This document shows positions 20,934 to 30,906 of a DNA stretch of 64,000 bases, piece by piece. Each line of letters begins with the position of its first letter. Position 1 is the first letter of the stretch. The notes below the pieces were generated by a model, which saw only the letters and a program-made list of their open reading frames with translations, was not told the origin of the DNA and ran no database searches. The DNA is taken from assembly GCA_963803705.1 (NCBI GenBank), contig CAWDNU010000002.1, positions 32,753 to 96,752 of the forward strand, given 5' to 3'. The position numbers were made by a program, and so were the translations under genes. The stretch comes from an uncultured Pseudobdellovibrionaceae bacterium (GTDB lineage Bacteria; Bdellovibrionota; Bdellovibrionia; Bdellovibrionales; UBA1609).

Positions 20934-20968
20934 AAAAAAAATCGCCCTAACTTTTTAGTTAGAGCGAC
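20934..20968 (-). terminator. Rho-independent terminator downstream of the CsbD-like gene
   Basis: Hairpin TCGCCCTAACT-TTTT-AGTTAGAGCGA preceded on + by an A-run (U-tail on the - strand). Confidence 0.7.
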
Positions 20969-20992
20969 AAATAAATCCAAATTTTACTTTTT

Positions 20993-21187
20993 CTAAGAGT
21001 TGGTAAATTTTTCTACCTCTTTATCAGCCTCGTCCTTAGTCTTACCATAATGTTTTTGGATTCTTCCAGAGAGTTCTTCGCTTTTCCCGTCGATTTTATC
21101 TAAATCGTCATCAGTAAGTTTTCCCCACTGCTGTTTAGCTTTACCTTTTAACTCTTTCCACTTTCCTTTGAATGTATCGTTGTTCAT
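20993..21187 (-). CDS. CsbD/YjbJ-family stress protein
   Basis: KGKWKELKGKAKQQWGKLTDDDL...G.IQKHYG; AGGAG RBS. Confidence 0.92.
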   Translation of the reverse strand: MNNDTFKGKWKELKGKAKQQWGKLTDDDLDKIDGKSEELSGRIQKHYGKTKDEADKEVEKFTNS

Positions 21188-21377
21188 AGTATTTGCTCCT
21201 TTTAGATAGTTTGTAACTTAAAGTTACTAACTGATAATCTACAGCAGCTTGTGTATCTATAGATCAAGTTCCGGTGTAGTTAATGTGTTGAATATTGCAT
21301 AACTGGATTGTGCTTAAATTAACTCACGTTCGTCTTTTCAACTTAACTGAAACCGCTTGCAATATTTTTTTTGAGGT

Positions 21378-22121
21378 CTAGGTTTTTACTAAATCCTCAA
21401 GGGTAAGTCCTGAAAGCTTTTTAATATTTCTAAAAAAGTCCCAAAGTATAAATCCTAAAAAAAATAACAAAGGAACACTAATAACTAACATCCCCATCCA
21501 GTTCATATCAGCGATCTGATGATTTAAAACCTCTTTTTGCTGCTCGGGTAACAACTTTTTGTCGATAAGAGTGAACACTCGCAAAGCAAGAATGTAGTTA
21601 AGTAAACTGCTTAAAAAAAACGATAAAGAAAGCAGGTAAGTTGAAAAGTTGATCTGTTTTAAAAAAGCGACCTCATTATTATTTTCAGTAATTTTTGTCT
21701 CCAACAACTCTTGATCAAAGGCCCCGGACTGAAAAAGTAGAATCTTCATGAAAGGCTTTTTCATCTTTATAGAAATAATCACGGCTATTCCTAAGAAAAA
21801 AGGAATTGCAGCTTCCTTTATAGCAAACCATCCACCTTTAAGTTGGGCGATTGCAAATATACCAGTGATTAAAATATTAACTACCCCAAGAATAGAAACA
21901 ATATTTTTGTTTTTATTTTTTCTATAATCGTTAAGGCCGTAAAAAAGGGGAAATGCCAATGCGACCAGTAAAGACAGGGTTGAAGCTCCATCAAAACCAA
22001 GCTTAGAGCCCTTCTGAAGGATGACCACAGGTAAAATCAGATTAAAAAGTAAACTAAGAAACACATTCTCTTGTTTATTTTTTTTAACTTTATTAGGGCT
22101 AGTCATTTCTGGATGATCCAT
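21378..22121 (-). CDS. VC0807-family membrane protein (start likely 22121 or 22106)
   Basis: LLFNLILPVVIL, ALAFPLFYG, WFAIKEAAIP, SFFLSSLLNYILA. Confidence 0.7.
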   Translation of the reverse strand: MDHPEMTSPNKVKKNKQENVFLSLLFNLILPVVILQKGSKLGFDGASTLSLLVALAFPLFYGLNDYRKNKNKNIVSILGVVNILITGIFAIAQLKGGWFAIKEAAIPFFLGIAVIISIKMKKPFMKILLFQSGAFDQELLETKITENNNEVAFLKQINFSTYLLSLSFFLSSLLNYILALRVFTLIDKKLLPEQQKEVLNHQIADMNWMGMLVISVPLLFFLGFILWDFFRNIKKLSGLTLEDLVKT

Positions 22122-22134
22122 GTAAAAACTTTGT

Positions 22135-23370
22135 ATGAACTCAACCCAAGAAACAATTGAAAGGCGCGGCGTCAAACCTCAAATCTTCGGGTTGGGCATT
22201 GCTCATTTGACTTCTGTGATATTTGCGTTTGGGTGCCTGATGAGTTTGGGTTGGCTTGATAACGCTAGGGGACCCATTTATCCTTTCATTATTGAAGATC
22301 TAATGCTTTCTCATTCGCAAGGCAGCGCCTTCTTTGCAGTAGCTTCCCTAACCGCTGTTCTGGCTAATTTCAGTGTTCCTTTTCTTCTAAAAATAATGAG
22401 CTCTAAAACCTTGCTTTTTTTTGGTGCATTAACCTTAGCGCTTTTTCCAGTATTAATGAGCTATACAGTTTCTTATTTTGCGTTGCTTTTTTCGGCCGTA
22501 ACGTTCGGGTGGTCGTTGGGGATTGTGGCTGTGACTCAAAATCTTGTGATTGAAGAAAGCGTGCCTCTACATAGGAAAAGATTTTTTTTGAGCATGCTTC
22601 ACTCAACTTATGGGCTTTCAGCTTTGCTAGCGCCAATTCTAATAGGGTTTATACTAAGCGTAGGAATAAGCTGGCAAAATAGCTTATTATACTCCCTTTT
22701 CTTTATTGTACCAGTCCTGATCGTAGGTCTGATAAGTGCAAATCTTGTTCCAGAAAAAGTCAAAAATAATCAAAAGGTTCCTGACCTCTCACAACAGTTC
22801 AAAACCAACTTTAATAAAAAGATCTTACTCTTTTGGGGAGTGACGCTTGCTTTTTATGTCTCTAGCGAGTTGTTTTTTACAACTAGAATTGTGGTGCTCT
22901 TAAAGGAAACACAATTAATAAGTCATGACAAAGCTAATCTGAGTTTAGCATTATTTTTCTTAGGTCTATTTTTAGGACGATTGTTGATTAGCTTTACCCC
23001 TTCGAAAGTATCAGGACGCTTCATGCTGAACCTAAGTTTTTGTTCCACAGCCCTGTGGATTCTGATTTGTTATTTCTTTGATCCGCAACTAATTTGGTTA
23101 AGTGGATTCTTTATGGCGCCAGTTTTTCCGCTGGCGATGGACGAAATATCAAACCAAGTTGGTTCAAAGTTTGCTTCATACTCTTCGATAATAATCGCCA
23201 TTAGCTCGACTGGGGTCGTGTTTATGCATATGTTAGTCGGTTATATTTTTGACACTCACGGTATGCTCGTAGCTTTGTTTTTACCCTGCATACTGTGCGT
23301 TCTATGCTCGTTGATATGCATTACTGCTTGGCCAGTTACTGATAATGCGTCGAAAAAGCATGATGGGTGA
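22135..23370 (+). CDS. MFS transporter
   Basis: About 12 hydrophobic segments; LHSTYGLSALLAP motif. Confidence 0.85.
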   Translation: MNSTQETIERRGVKPQIFGLGIAHLTSVIFAFGCLMSLGWLDNARGPIYPFIIEDLMLSHSQGSAFFAVASLTAVLANFSVPFLLKIMSSKTLLFFGALTLALFPVLMSYTVSYFALLFSAVTFGWSLGIVAVTQNLVIEESVPLHRKRFFLSMLHSTYGLSALLAPILIGFILSVGISWQNSLLYSLFFIVPVLIVGLISANLVPEKVKNNQKVPDLSQQFKTNFNKKILLFWGVTLAFYVSSELFFTTRIVVLLKETQLISHDKANLSLALFFLGLFLGRLLISFTPSKVSGRFMLNLSFCSTALWILICYFFDPQLIWLSGFFMAPVFPLAMDEISNQVGSKFASYSSIIIAISSTGVVFMHMLVGYIFDTHGMLVALFLPCILCVLCSLICITAWPVTDNASKKHDG

Positions 23371-23498
23371 CACAATTTTCACGGTTACTTTTTACTAGAC
23401 TCATAAGTTGGGTCCCCCTATCATATATGTATGCAATTTTGGGACACAGGCTTCAGTCCTGCTTGTGAACCGGGTAACTTTCAAATCAGGGGCAATCA

Positions 23499-24809
23499 GT
23501 GAAGCAAATAATATTACTTTTAGTGTTATGTTTTGGAGTTAAACAAGTCTTAGGGACTGGCCCTGATATAAATATTGATGTCGAAAAGTATGAACTTAAA
23601 AACGGAATGAAAGTTTTACTGCATGTGGATCGCAAAGTTCCGATGGTGGCCTTACATCAGTGGTATGATGTAGGTTCGTTTCATGAGGATAGAGACCGCA
23701 CCGGGTTGGCGCACTTTTTTGAACATTTAATGTTTGAAGGCACCTCAAAATATCCAACAGGCGAATTTAGTAAAATCGTGTCCCAAGTGGGAGGGCAAAA
23801 TAATGCGTTCACCAATCGGGATTACACTGGGTACTACGAGATGGTTCCGTCGTCAGCACTGAAAAAGGCTTTAGAGTTAGAAGCCGATCGAATGACTAAT
23901 TTAGTAGTGACCCTGCCTCAGATTAAAAAAGAGAGAGAAGTCGTTAAGGAAGAGCGGCGGATGCGCACTGAAAATTCACCAGACGGTTACGTATTTGAAG
24001 TGATGATGAGAAAAGTTTTTGGCAATCACCCCTACGGCGATCCTGTCATAGGTTCAATGGCACATTTAAATAAAACTTCATTGCCAGACTTTATGGCTTT
24101 TTATAAAAAGTTTTATACCCCCAACAATTCGACTTTGGTTGTCTCGGGTGACTTTGACTCGAATAAAGTTAAGTCTTGGATCAACAAGTACTACTCTAAG
24201 ATACCCAGAGCGAAAATTCCACAGATTAGAGTTCCAAAACTGGAACCTATCGCAAATGGCACAGTTACAAGAGATAAAAAAAGTTTCAACAGTCGTAAAC
24301 TTGCAATATATTTTATGGGCCCTGCTTTGGGTGCTAAAGATGGTTTTGTTTTAGATATTATCGCAGAAATTTTAGCAGGAGATGATTCAAGTCCTATTAC
24401 CAAATATATGGTTGACGAAAAAAAGATGGCAACGTCCGTTAGTCTTTGGAACTACTCTTTAAAACATGCAGGCGTGATTATGTTTGATGCCGACTTAGTT
24501 AAAAAAACTTCATTCAATTTAGCGGCTCAAACATTTTTTAACAAAGTTCAAAGGTTAGTAAAAAGCGGAGTTTCAGACGAGCAGCTGCAAAAAGCAAAAG
24601 ACAAGATATCTTTGAGTTATGTAAAACCCTTAAAAACTATCTCTGGTAAAGCAAGGCTCTTAGCCCAAAATGAAATTATAAGAGGAAACTACAAAGATTT
24701 TTTTGACGACATTGCAGAATACCAATCAATTAAGAAATCAGATATTTCAAAAGTAGCAAAAAAATATTTAAATAGAAGCCAAGCACATATTTTATATTTA
24801 GGTAAATAA
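23499..24809 (+). CDS. M16 zinc peptidase, active subunit
   Basis: TGLAHFFEHLMF (HxxEH), NAFTNRDYT, EADRM; signal peptide. Confidence 0.92.
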   Translation: MKQIILLLVLCFGVKQVLGTGPDINIDVEKYELKNGMKVLLHVDRKVPMVALHQWYDVGSFHEDRDRTGLAHFFEHLMFEGTSKYPTGEFSKIVSQVGGQNNAFTNRDYTGYYEMVPSSALKKALELEADRMTNLVVTLPQIKKEREVVKEERRMRTENSPDGYVFEVMMRKVFGNHPYGDPVIGSMAHLNKTSLPDFMAFYKKFYTPNNSTLVVSGDFDSNKVKSWINKYYSKIPRAKIPQIRVPKLEPIANGTVTRDKKSFNSRKLAIYFMGPALGAKDGFVLDIIAEILAGDDSSPITKYMVDEKKMATSVSLWNYSLKHAGVIMFDADLVKKTSFNLAAQTFFNKVQRLVKSGVSDEQLQKAKDKISLSYVKPLKTISGKARLLAQNEIIRGNYKDFFDDIAEYQSIKKSDISKVAKKYLNRSQAHILYLGK

Positions 24810-24816
24810 GGAAGAA

Positions 24817-26262
24817 ATGGTTATGATTCGTTTAATATTATTATCAATTACATTTTCAATTGCAGTGAGCTGCGTTAGCGGACCGAATGGCATTAAGGAC
24901 GGCGCTCAGCTTACAACTCCGAACTACGAATTGATCGAATTGAAAAACGGAATTCAGGTGTATTTTATTTTGGATAAATCTTTACCTATGTTTACAGTAC
25001 AGGCAGTGCTGGCGTCAGGTTCTTTTGATGATCCTTCAGATAAGTCCGGCACAACGTCATTGATGGCCTCTATGTTAAAAGAAGGTAGTGGTAATCTTAC
25101 TTCATCAGATTACAAATCTGCTTATTCTAAGTACAGCTCACACTTTAGTGTTGATATAGATAAAGATACTGTTTCGTTTCAGTCAACTGGTCTGTCAAAG
25201 TATGATGGCGAAATTACGAAACTGTTTTTGGACACGATCTTAAATCCTAATTTTATGCAAGATCGGAAAGCCTCTAAATCTATAAGAGCTTATGATAAAA
25301 TTAGAAAGAAGCGTCAGTCTGAAATTATAAAGTCTATGGAGCGTGCCAGTTATTTTGCATCTATCTCTTTTTCGTCCCTGTTGCATAACAACAAAGGCTA
25401 TGGACTACCTGAATGGGGAACTGCAGCTGGTCTTAAGAAAACTCTTCTTAGCGATATTAAAAAACACTATGAAGATTTTATGACGCCTCAAAACCTGCAG
25501 TTTGCACTAAGCGGCAACTACAGCGAAGAGACTAAAAATCTGATGCTCCAAATTCTAAAAGACGTTCACTCAAAAAAATCTTCCAATGAGAAAAATTTAG
25601 ATTCAAAAGAACCTGAGACAGCATTGATATCTTCAAAAATAATTGTGGTTGATAAACCAAACTTAAAGCAGGCTGAAATTCGGATTGGGCACTTTGGACC
25701 AAAAAGGATAAATAATGATTATATTCCATTGTACATCGCTAACAGTGCAGTTGGTTCTGGTGACTTCACAACAAGATTGATGCAAGAGGTTCGGGTCAAT
25801 AGAGGCCTTGTCTATGGTATTTCGTCTTGGTTTTACGGATTTAAAAATGGGGGAACTTACGTAGTATCAAGTTCTACTAGGCACGAAAAAATCACTGAAG
25901 TTATCCAAACATCGTTAGATGTTTTGAAAAAAGCGGCTAACAATGGAATAAGTAAAAGTGAATTGAACACCCAAAGAAATGTTTTAGTAGGTCAGTTTCC
26001 ATTAAAGTTTGAAACTAATGAAAGCTATCTGCAGCAACTTATGAGATATAAAACTTACGGATTTGATAGCAACTATATAACAACTTTCTACAATAAAATT
26101 AAAAGTCTAAAAATTGATGAAGCTAATGAAGTTCTGAAAAAATACTCTACTCCTGAAAATGTTCTGATTGTAATTTTTGCTTCAAAGAAAATGCTTCCAA
26201 AAGACTTTAAAAACCTAAAGATGCCAGTTGAGTATATAAATTACCAAAAAGTGTTTAATTGA
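24817..26262 (+). CDS. M16 peptidase partner subunit (non-catalytic), lipoprotein
   Basis: Lipobox-like AVSC; no HxxEH; TRLMQEVRVNRGLVYGI motif. Confidence 0.85.
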   Translation: MVMIRLILLSITFSIAVSCVSGPNGIKDGAQLTTPNYELIELKNGIQVYFILDKSLPMFTVQAVLASGSFDDPSDKSGTTSLMASMLKEGSGNLTSSDYKSAYSKYSSHFSVDIDKDTVSFQSTGLSKYDGEITKLFLDTILNPNFMQDRKASKSIRAYDKIRKKRQSEIIKSMERASYFASISFSSLLHNNKGYGLPEWGTAAGLKKTLLSDIKKHYEDFMTPQNLQFALSGNYSEETKNLMLQILKDVHSKKSSNEKNLDSKEPETALISSKIIVVDKPNLKQAEIRIGHFGPKRINNDYIPLYIANSAVGSGDFTTRLMQEVRVNRGLVYGISSWFYGFKNGGTYVVSSSTRHEKITEVIQTSLDVLKKAANNGISKSELNTQRNVLVGQFPLKFETNESYLQQLMRYKTYGFDSNYITTFYNKIKSLKIDEANEVLKKYSTPENVLIVIFASKKMLPKDFKNLKMPVEYINYQKVFN

Positions 26263-26427
26263 CAATAAGTTAAACACTCAGTTCTTAATCAGTTTTTTTT
26301 TCTAAACAATTAGAATTACTAGACTAATTCGGTTCCAGTATACTTATTTCAATTTGTGTACAAAATTAAACTTATTGCTCTGAAAAAAAAAGTTTTATTT
26401 TAGATCATTTAGGAATAAATTCAGGCA

Positions 26428-27099
26428 ATGAAAAAACTAGCGTGTTTGATTTTTACTTTAAGTGTTCACGGTCATTTATCGGCCAATAACGACCAGATGG
26501 TTACTAACCAAGATTTTATCAGGAAAGAAATCGCCAAAGTTTCGGAATCGGCGGATTTTAGCTTTGATGAAGTTAGAAGTATGTTTAGGAATTCCCCACA
26601 ATATATCGCAACTTGCTATCAGGACTTTGATAGGATGTCCGTTTCGCAGATAAAATTTTTCTCTGACAAAGTCGATCCTAAAGTTAGCTACTCTACACAG
26701 ATCAATGTGGAGAACGTGGATAACTATGCATTTGATTTAGCAATTAGTATTAAACCTGAAAATTTCTCTAAAAAATCAGTAGGAAAATTGGATCAAAATA
26801 TCGATGGATTATTAGATTGTAGCGTCTCTGCCCGTGGGTGCGGGGGGCTTTACACTAAAGTTAGTAAAAATATGAGTCTTCAAATTGTACACAAGGACGA
26901 GCCGCGCATAGTTGATTCAAGCTTGGATATCAATTGGGTTTATCATATGATTAATAAATCTAAAATGTACGCCGAGATGGATATGGTAGTTACTGTTCCC
27001 GGATACGCCTTTCTTTTGGGCTACGAAAAAGGGACTGATTCCTACACTTCCCATTTTTTGTGTGAGTTGAATTTAGAATCAGAAACTATTGATCTGTAG
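26428..27099 (+). CDS. Hypothetical secreted protein
   Basis: Signal peptide; four Cys in the mature region. Confidence 0.6.
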   Translation: MKKLACLIFTLSVHGHLSANNDQMVTNQDFIRKEIAKVSESADFSFDEVRSMFRNSPQYIATCYQDFDRMSVSQIKFFSDKVDPKVSYSTQINVENVDNYAFDLAISIKPENFSKKSVGKLDQNIDGLLDCSVSARGCGGLYTKVSKNMSLQIVHKDEPRIVDSSLDINWVYHMINKSKMYAEMDMVVTVPGYAFLLGYEKGTDSYTSHFLCELNLESETIDL

Positions 27100-27133
27100 A
27101 GCACAGGTCACCTGAGCTAAAGAAAGGATTATT

Positions 27134-28099
27134 TTGTATTTTATTTACATCTTAATTTTATTTTTTTTCGCACTGACTGTACTGCCAATTAGTCATTCTA
27201 AGTATTGGCTTGTTAGGGCTTTTGACTTTCCCAGATTGCAATTCTTTTTCTTGAACCTGTTACTTTTAGTAGTGATGATTTTGTTTTATAGTTCGTCTGC
27301 TTTACATATTGCGGTACTAATTTTTGCCGTCTTATCCTGTATTTTCGATGCCTACCGGGTGGTTCCTTACACTCCTTTGTACCCAAAGCAGTCCTCGGAT
27401 ATATCAGAAAAAAATCAAGGTAAATCACTTAGGATACTTTCTTCTAATGTCTTGGATACTAATTTTGAATTTCATAAAATATTGAAACTCATTTTATTTA
27501 AAGAACCGGATATCATATTACTTTTAGAGGCAGATGAAAATTGGGTGAGGTCTTTAGTAAAGCTAAATGAAATTTATAAATATCAAGTATTAAGGCCTCG
27601 AAGTAATGGTTACGGAATGCTACTTTATTCAAAAGTTGAAATGACCGACGTCAACGTAGAATATTTATCTGATAATGAAGTGCCTTCAATCTTTTTTGAT
27701 ATCAAACTTAATGAACAGCAGATTCATATGATTGCGCTTCACCCCAGACCCCCTGGCTTAAAAGAATCGACGTCTAAACAGCGTGACAACGAACTTAAGC
27801 AAACTGAGAAGTGGATTAACAACAACCAATCCAAGCCAACAGTAGTTTTTGGAGACTTCAACGACGTTGCCTGGTCACACACTTCTAGAGAATTTCTTAG
27901 GGGTGCTGATTTGTTGGATCCAAGACGCGGCCGTGGATTTTACAACACGTTTCCAGTAAGCCCAAAGTTGTTCTTTTTTAGATACCCATTGGATCATGTA
28001 TTTCATAGTAAAGAATTTGGAGTGCACCATATTGAAAGGTCCGATGATATTGGTTCAGATCACTTTCCTATGTTTATTGAATTGGGGCTCTTGAATTAG
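27134..28099 (+). CDS. Membrane-bound endonuclease/exonuclease/phosphatase (EEP) family protein
   Basis: Three N-terminal TMs; SSNV, LLE, HPRPP, GDFNDVAWS, PLDHVF, GSDHFP. Confidence 0.88.
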   Translation: MYFIYILILFFFALTVLPISHSKYWLVRAFDFPRLQFFFLNLLLLVVMILFYSSSALHIAVLIFAVLSCIFDAYRVVPYTPLYPKQSSDISEKNQGKSLRILSSNVLDTNFEFHKILKLILFKEPDIILLLEADENWVRSLVKLNEIYKYQVLRPRSNGYGMLLYSKVEMTDVNVEYLSDNEVPSIFFDIKLNEQQIHMIALHPRPPGLKESTSKQRDNELKQTEKWINNNQSKPTVVFGDFNDVAWSHTSREFLRGADLLDPRRGRGFYNTFPVSPKLFFFRYPLDHVFHSKEFGVHHIERSDDIGSDHFPMFIELGLLN

Positions 28100-28848
28100 C
28101 TCTTTTTATTTTTGTTTAATAAATAAAATCCAAATCCGCCAGCTGCCAATAAAAGTAGACCTATAAGGATTTTTGTAGTTTTCCCACCCGACCTAGTATT
28201 GTCATCTTCGTACATTCCCTCATCACCCAATGAGTCACCTAGAGCGCCTCCAACAGGCAACGCATACAAATCTTGCTCTCTTCGTTTCAAGCCATTAGAT
28301 GAGCCCGCTAGAATTTCATCAGCTGCAATTATTTTTAAGGATTGAATCGCTCTAATAAAATCATTTGCGTACTTTGAATAGTGCTCTTTGTGGGCCGTAA
28401 AAGTTACAAGCATCGCAATTTGACCTTTGGTAGTCGCTAGGTACCTGGTGTAGTAGTTTTCCACTTCGCTTCCAAGGTGTAGACCGTCCACCCAGGTTTG
28501 TAGGGCAATTTTTCTTTGCTTTACTTGCTTCAACTCTGAAGTGTACTTCTTACCTTTTGAGTTGACTAACTTTCTTGGTGACTTTAAGTGTGCTTCGTAA
28601 GCCTGCAAAGAGTCACTTGGCCCCTTTTCTTTGGCCGTTAAAATGATTACAGCTTCTTTCTTTTCATTTAATTTTTTTGCAAATTTGTTTACACAAACCC
28701 ACTCAGTGCCTTCAAGTTCGCAACCCCAATTACCAGGTAGCTCGAAACTTACATAGGAATTTTGAAAGATTTTTGCAAATACGTTAAGACTCATAAATTG
28801 CACTGTAAAAATCAAAGCTAACTTAAAAAAAATGTAGGGTACTTTCAT
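28096..28848 (-). CDS. Exported hypothetical protein with C-terminal membrane anchor
   Basis: Signal peptide ending VFA; YVSFELPGNWGC; C-terminal TM plus basic tail. Confidence 0.65.
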   Translation of the reverse strand: MKVPYIFFKLALIFTVQFMSLNVFAKIFQNSYVSFELPGNWGCELEGTEWVCVNKFAKKLNEKKEAVIILTAKEKGPSDSLQAYEAHLKSPRKLVNSKGKKYTSELKQVKQRKIALQTWVDGLHLGSEVENYYTRYLATTKGQIAMLVTFTAHKEHYSKYANDFIRAIQSLKIIAADEILAGSSNGLKRREQDLYALPVGGALGDSLGDEGMYEDDNTRSGGKTTKILIGLLLLAAGGFGFYLLNKNKKS

Positions 28849-28966
28849 AAAAACCTCTTTGTGATAATCTTATTATGGCACAACAATTAGGATTTAATGA
28901 ATAGCATCCGGCACAAGCCAGACCTTGTACTAAATTAAATAAGAATTTTTCCAAGTGAATTAAGAA

Positions 28967-30733
28967 TTAATTCAAAAACTCTACAGTAGTTTTTGCCAGC
29001 TCCACAGCATCTGATGCTGTTAAAACACGACCAGACTTCACCTTACCTAGAATCTGATTTGACGGGATGCCAGCGCTTTCCAAGATTCTAGCTGTTTGTC
29101 CGGCGGTCAAATTTGGATTGATACTACGAACTAAAGCGGCTACTCCACAGGCGACTGGCGTTGCCATAGATGTTCCCTGGGATTCAAAAAAAATTAAGTT
29201 CTGTGCATTTTCTATGTACGTTGAGTAAAGCTGACCGTCATAAGGTTTTTTTGCTAAGATATTGAAGTCTTCTCCGCCGTAGGTCGCAAGATTCACTTTA
29301 TCTACTCCATAATTCGAATAATAGGTTAGTTCGTCGCTGTTGTTAACTGAGGCGACAGTCAAAATATTTTCTAAATCTACGCTGGCTAGGCCGAATGACC
29401 TGTTGTCGATATCGATACCCATCGGAAGACCAAAACCAAAGGGTTCGCCATTTCCAGCTGAAGTCACTATCAGCGTATCTTGGTTCAGCGCCATTTTGTA
29501 AAGTTCGATCTCTTCTCTGAAAATTTGGCGTTCAGATCCTAAAGACATATTAATTATGTCAGCTCCCATTTTTAAAGCGTAAATAACACCTTTCAATGAA
29601 GTTCCAAGATCCATCAACCCGTGATTGTTACCTACCTTAATAGGAAGGATCTTTGCATTCGGTGCAACACCAAAAACTTTGGCAGCAGCTAGTCCTGCTA
29701 AATGAGATCCATGTCCCAAATCATCGTAAGGATATTTATCGTCAAAAACAAAATCCCAGCCGTAAATATCATCGATATGCCCATTGTTGTCGTCATCGAT
29801 GTTATTATCAGGAATTTCATTTTTGTTGATAAAAATGTTTGGAGCAAGGAATGGATTATTATAATTTACACCCGAATCGACAATGGCTATTAGAATTCCG
29901 TCTCCTTTAGCGCTTTCGTGTGCTTTGCTTAAACCAAGTTTTTTAATGTAAGGCTGATTAAAAATCTGGGTGTCTAGATGGCCTGTACTTGCACCTAAAT
30001 ATGGGGTGTTGCCTGTTACAGATAGGCTGACAGTCTCGTATTGACAGTTTTTTTTCTGATCTTGAACTATCAGGTAAATTTCGTAGACGCCCATTGTGTC
30101 TAGATTTACATCTAGCTCATCTGCGAAATGTCTTTTTACCACATTAGATCCCAAAGGACTGTTGACCACCCATACCAACTTTAAAGAACCACCAATAAAG
30201 GCGTGTGGCTGACTTTGCCGAGCACTAAGCCTGATGTTTTCACCTGCTTCTAGCGGTATTTGGCCTCTTAAATTAAGCGATATGGGATCCATCTTAGCAA
30301 TGGGTTTTAAGCTTTTGTCTTCGCAAGTGGACAGGTCAAAATCAGAGGGTTGATCGTTGGTTTGAAAATTCTTTAGGTTAATTTGGTTTTTAGAACGCGC
30401 TTTGCTTCTCAGGTTATTTATTTCTATGAATTCATTTTCATAAATTCTAGATTCAGGAAAATTTTTTCGTAGTGTTTTAAAGTCGGAGTTTAAAACCTCA
30501 AAGATTATAAGTTCGTCGTTTGAAATTTCTCTAATTTTCGTATCTGTGTATTTTTCAAAAAAAATGTCTTTCTGCTGATCAGTTGCACCCGCGACCAGAA
30601 ATCCCAATTCGCTCAAATTTTGGGGGGCACGAGTTAAAATTCGCTCGGAATTATCAGAACATGCGATTGTCCCCATTAGCAAAAGTGTTATGCAAGCATT
30701 CACCATCAGTGGTTTAAAAGTGTTAGACTTCAT
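28967..30733 (-). CDS. S8 subtilisin-like serine protease, lipoprotein
   Basis: Lipobox TIAC; catalytic IVDSG, HGSHLAG and GTSMATP; SAGN oxyanion Asn. Confidence 0.92.
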   Translation of the reverse strand: MKSNTFKPLMVNACITLLLMGTIACSDNSERILTRAPQNLSELGFLVAGATDQQKDIFFEKYTDTKIREISNDELIIFEVLNSDFKTLRKNFPESRIYENEFIEINNLRSKARSKNQINLKNFQTNDQPSDFDLSTCEDKSLKPIAKMDPISLNLRGQIPLEAGENIRLSARQSQPHAFIGGSLKLVWVVNSPLGSNVVKRHFADELDVNLDTMGVYEIYLIVQDQKKNCQYETVSLSVTGNTPYLGASTGHLDTQIFNQPYIKKLGLSKAHESAKGDGILIAIVDSGVNYNNPFLAPNIFINKNEIPDNNIDDDNNGHIDDIYGWDFVFDDKYPYDDLGHGSHLAGLAAAKVFGVAPNAKILPIKVGNNHGLMDLGTSLKGVIYALKMGADIINMSLGSERQIFREEIELYKMALNQDTLIVTSAGNGEPFGFGLPMGIDIDNRSFGLASVDLENILTVASVNNSDELTYYSNYGVDKVNLATYGGEDFNILAKKPYDGQLYSTYIENAQNLIFFESQGTSMATPVACGVAALVRSINPNLTAGQTARILESAGIPSNQILGKVKSGRVLTASDAVELAKTTVEFLN

Positions 30734-30815
30734 GTCTTAACCCTCCCTATTATTCATCTATTATTTTCACGCCTTGTACGGAAAGTTGTCATCTAAAGAA
30801 AAATTTACAGAGCTG

Positions 30816-30830
30816 ATAAGTTATGCTTAT
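30816..30830. promoter_or_regulatory. Putative LysR binding site (T-N11-A dyad)
   Basis: ATAAG-TTATG-CTTAT interrupted palindrome between the divergent S8 protease and LysR genes. Confidence 0.55.
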
Positions 30831-30906
30831 ACTTTAGTCCAGTTGTAAGATAAATTTTGATAAGCCTAAAATATGGGCGTTTAATCGGAAAAAAAGGAAC
30901 AAAGTC

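Noticed and set aside
23441..23460. Possible extra copy of the 40-bp repeat (CAGGCTTCA shared with its reverse complement)
   Set aside because: Only a 9-bp match, which is expected by chance in 64 kb.
30810..30837. dif site in the S8/LysR intergenic region
   Set aside because: Arm spacing and the right arm do not fit XerD; a LysR dyad explains it better.
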